From positions 10,237,165 through 10,261,079 of the forward strand of contig NC_057720.1 of assembly GCF_004010195.1 (NCBI RefSeq): a DNA stretch of 23,915 nt. The letters run 5' to 3'. Within the stretch, counting starts at the first letter, position 1. Each line of letters opens with the position of its first letter. The translations under genes were made by a program, and so were the position numbers. This DNA comes from Chiloscyllium plagiosum (Eukaryota). The notes beneath the pieces are model-generated. The model did not search any database. It saw only the letters and a list, made by a program, of their open reading frames with translations, and was not told where the DNA came from. Positions 20,951 through 23,915 of this stretch are shown piece after piece.

Positions 20951-21032
20951 GGCTCCTCGGATGTTGCCTGAACTGCTGTGAGCACCACTAATCCAGAATC
21001 TGGTTTCCAGCATCTGCAGTCATTGTTTTTAC
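20951..21032 (+). mobile_element. Family B pLTR fragment
   Basis: gctcctcggatgttgcctgaactgctgtg...ccactaatccagaatctggtttccagcatctgcagtc. Confidence 0.8.
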
Positions 21033-21036
21033 CACA

Positions 21037-21302
21037 GTGGCACAGTGGTTAGCACTGCTTCCTCACAGCGCCAGAGACCCGGGTTCAATTCCCACCTCTG
21101 GCAGACTCTCTGTGTGGAGTTTGCACATTTTTGCCGTGTCTGTGTGGGTTACCTGCGGGTGCTCTGGTTTCCTCCCACAGTCCAAACATGTGCAGGTTAG
21201 GTAAATTGCCCGTAATGTTAGGCATAGGGGAATGGGTTTTGGTGAGTCGGTGTGAACTTGTTGAGCCGAAGGGCCTGTTTCCACACTGTAACTAATCTAA
21301 AA
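21037..21302 (+). mobile_element. HE1/V-SINE-like SINE
   Basis: A-box TGGCACAGTGG, B-box GGTTCAATTCC, 3' end ccgaagggcctgtttccacactgtaactaatctaa. Confidence 0.92.
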
Positions 21303-21565
21303 ATCCTCATAAATTGAAGTCGCTCACTGATCCAATACCTTTTGTCTCTCTTCCCTGGAGCATTCTTTCACTCAAACTCTGCAGCAAAACTCTGCACAAA
21401 AACTCTGTAGTTGATTTCGGAAAATATATTTCAGATTACTTTAAATTATGAGCTCAAATACTAACTCTGCTCGGATTGTTGAGCAATTAATAGTCTCACC
21501 ACAGAGAACAGATTGTGCATCTAAACATCAGAAACTTCTTTTGACAAGTGGAAATAAGATAATGC

Positions 21566-22391
21566 TGTTGTGGGATTCGAGATTATAGATCTCTTCATTC
21601 ACCCACTCACAAGCGCTTTTTATTTACTCATTCATAAATCGCTACTACAACACGGTCTGACTCATTCATTCATAAAACCGTGGTTCGGTGGTATATTTTA
21701 CTATCACCAGACAGACCACATTAAAACAACCCATTCCTGCAGTTGTGGGGTTCAGCAGGAGCCCACAGGGCAGGGAAGAATAAAAGGGGGGAATTAATTG
21801 AATCAGGGAAACTTCATTAGATCAGAATCAAAGTTTCCAGTGGCAACAATATTGAAAAAAAGGGAACTAAAGGGAGCAGGACGGCGTGACCCGTCTAACC
21901 TGGTAAAAGCCCTTGAGCGCACAGCGCGGGGGTGGGGGGACCGCAAAATGTTTCCATTTGCTCGAAACCATTGAGCTGAACACACAATTCTCAAATACCA
22001 CCTGAATGGGTCAGTTTCAAAGCCGTTACAGATGAAACCAACAAACCATCGAAACCACGGGAAAGGAGAATCATTTCAATGAACTGCTAACTGCATCCTG
22101 TAACCGTTAGACACATTAATGATCCGATAACTGGGTCCTGTAAACATTAAAGCTATTAATATATTGACACTTGTATCCTGAAATTGTTGATCATATTAAT
22201 GAGCTGTTTGTTATGAAATGTTATAAGAAAGTCACTTCCACTCAATGCTGCAGTTTCAGCTCAGAGACCTGGAACAGCAAGTTCCCGTGTGTTTTTTCCC
22301 CCATTGCACCGGTCTTTGTACATTACATCTCTTCGGACCCGGTCCATCTTTGATCTCCCTCCGGTTCATGGTCTCAAACAAATCCCCATCA
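21566..22391 (+). mobile_element. Putative 5' LTR of an LTR retroelement or endogenous retrovirus (left end tentative)
   Basis: Ends in AATCCCCATCA three bases before a PBS. Imperfect inverted terminus TGTTGTGGGATT at 21566. TATA-like TTATAAGAA at about 22221. Confidence 0.6.
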
Positions 22392-22394
22392 AAT

Positions 22395-22412
22395 TGGCGG
22401 AGTTGGCAGGAT
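22395..22412 (+). promoter_or_regulatory. Primer-binding site complementary to tRNA-Ser
   Basis: TGGCGGAGTTGGCAGGAT matches 16/18 to TGGCGTAGTCGGCAGGAT, the complement of the vertebrate tRNA-Ser 3' end as recalled from memory. Confidence 0.75.
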
Positions 22413-22575
22413 CACAGGAACGGGTCCGCTTTCCACAGTCGGCACTTCACTCCACAGTGAGGGAAGGAATCCTCTTTCCTAAAATTCCTCGGGAGAAGGA
22501 CAGCCCCCTTTTTGGAAAGTCAGAAACACAGTGAGTTCTCCGAAAAGGGAGACGTCCTCGGCGGTAATTTGATAA

Positions 22576-23495
22576 AAATTATCTCAAAGTCATAGCCGAG
22601 ACACAGAAGAGAAAATCATCACCAAGTCAAGTCATGACAGAGAAAACAATAGCCTTAAAGACCAATTGGCCAATGTCTGTAGTGAGTTAAAAACTACTAA
22701 AGAAGAGTTGGCAAAAACACAGAAGGAAATTGTACACCTTAAACAGGCAGAGGACCATACCCTGACCCTATTTACAGACCTCTGCCCCTTACTCATTCCC
22801 CAAGAGGATCCAATGCCTCGTCACGTTCCCCCTAAAACTCACCTTCATCCCCACCCCCATTCACCTATTGTACTCTTTGCTACTTTCTCCCCACCCCAAC
22901 TCTCTTTCATTTATCTCCACCCTGCAGGCACTCTGCCTGTATTGCTGATGAAGGGCTTTTGCCCGAAACATCGATTTTCCTCTCCTTGGATGCTGCCTGA
23001 CCTGCTGTGCTCTTCCAGCACCACTCTAATCTAGATTCTGGTTTCCAGCATCTGCAGTCCTGACAAAACTATCATCTGGCCAACAAAAAGGCTCAGAGGA
23101 TGTGAGAGATTTTGCTCAAGGATTTCGTGATATCACACGCCTGGCCAGCAAAGCCAGCTCAGAGGGAGGAGAGGGACATACACAAAGCAGCCTTTGTAAC
23201 TGGCTTGAAGCCCAAACTCCTCAGAATGCTCAAATTCCAACATAAAGATCAGGGGGATGTGTCCAAACATGACATAGCCTCCTTCATTAACAAAGCCAGT
23301 CACTTGGAAAGGGATATGGAATCCAAATTCCGGGTGATGCAAATGGCAGCACCCTCCCCTGACCCTGAGAATAAACGGCCTGGAGACTGTTTCCCAAGCG
23401 GCCCTGATGGGCACTGGGTGAAGAATTGCAGACAGAAGGGGAGACCTCTAAAGGGGGAGGAGGATCCCACCCAAAGCCCCTCCGGTTGGGATTCC
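22576..23495 (+). pseudogene. gag: Decayed gag-like gene (coiled coil, MHR-like motif, CCHC knuckle)
   Basis: Heptad-like ENNSLKDQLANVCSELKTTKEELAKTQKEIVHLKQ. MHR-like QQKGSEDVRDFAQGFRDITRLA from 23081, then AFVTGLKP. Knuckle CFPSGPDGHWVKNC at 23388-23429 with the second Cys changed to Ser. Frameshifted and interrupted. Confidence 0.75.
22840..23064 (+). mobile_element. Solo family B pLTR with a hammerhead core (22945-22972), inserted in gag
   Basis: CTGATGA-a-gggc-tttt-gccc-GAAA-cATC; flanked by AAAACT at 22834-22839 and 23065-23070. Confidence 0.85.
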
Positions 23496-23499
23496 CTGA

Positions 23500-23915
23500 A
23501 TTTTTTTATTTCAAAAATATACTTTATTCATAAAATACTTTGATGGTCTGTACAGTTGGACATGGAATACATATACATAAGAATGGCACGGTGGCACAGT
23601 GGTTAGCACTGCTGCCTCACAGCGCTAGAGACCCGGGTTCAATTCCCGCCTCAGGCGACTGACTGTGTGGAGTTTGCACGTTCTCCCCGTGTCTGAGTGG
23701 GTTTCCTCCCACGTCAGGTGAATTGGCCATACTAAATTTCCCGTAGTGTTAGGTAAGGGGTAAATTTAGGGGTATGGGTGGGTTGCGCTTCGGCGGGTCG
23801 GTGTGGACTTGTTGGGCCGAAGGGCCTGTTTCCACACTGTAATCTAATCTAAAACTATATGTAAACATTCCATTTGTTTGCATACCGAAACAGAGTAATC
23901 ATTCCTATTTACAGG
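23500..23915 (-). mobile_element. Probable L1/Tx1-type LINE 3' end, interrupted by a SINE
   Basis: Minus strand ends ...caaagtattttatgAATAAAgtatattttgaaataaaaaaa, i.e. a polyA signal plus A-tail abutting gag. No coding sequence visible. Confidence 0.5.
23581..23855 (+). mobile_element. Young HE1/V-SINE-like SINE
   Basis: Intact A and B boxes, many CpGs retained, (AATCT)2 tail; probable TSD tatacataa / tatatgtaa. Confidence 0.93.

Noticed and set aside
21037..21100. tRNA gene calls from A/B boxes (also at 11860, 12070, 13340 and 23590)
   Set aside because: These are SINE heads followed by SINE bodies, with no complete cloverleaf.
3862..23060. Recurrent gctggaaaagcacagcagg repeats as a CRISPR-like array
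   Set aside because: The copies are dispersed, variably oriented and part of Penelope termini in eukaryotic DNA, with no regular repeat-spacer period.

Overview
Eukaryotic, repeat-dense genomic DNA, most likely from an elasmobranch (shark) given the HE1-like and Deu-type SINEs. No intact multi-exon host gene could be reconstructed. Much of the window is nested, decayed mobile DNA: CR1-type LINEs, a CR1/L2-group LINE with a partner Deu-type SINE, four HE1/V-SINE-like SINEs, a Tigger-like MITE and an L1/Tx1-like 3' end. It also holds two clades of Penelope-like elements (RT plus GIY-YIG) and the 5' part of an LTR retroelement (LTR, tRNA-Ser-like PBS, decayed gag with MHR and CCHC knuckle). The strongest unexplained signal is a set of minimal hammerhead-ribozyme cores (CTGANGA-stem II-GAAA-palindromic stem III) in at least three unrelated repeat families. 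Several sit in short non-coding fold-back or solo insertions with 6-15 bp target-site duplications. A candidate host promoter and first exon (MGTVCS...) lie at about 9.0-9.95 kb. There is a 529-nt assembly gap at 15534-16062. All calls are by eye and element boundaries are approximate unless a TSD is given.
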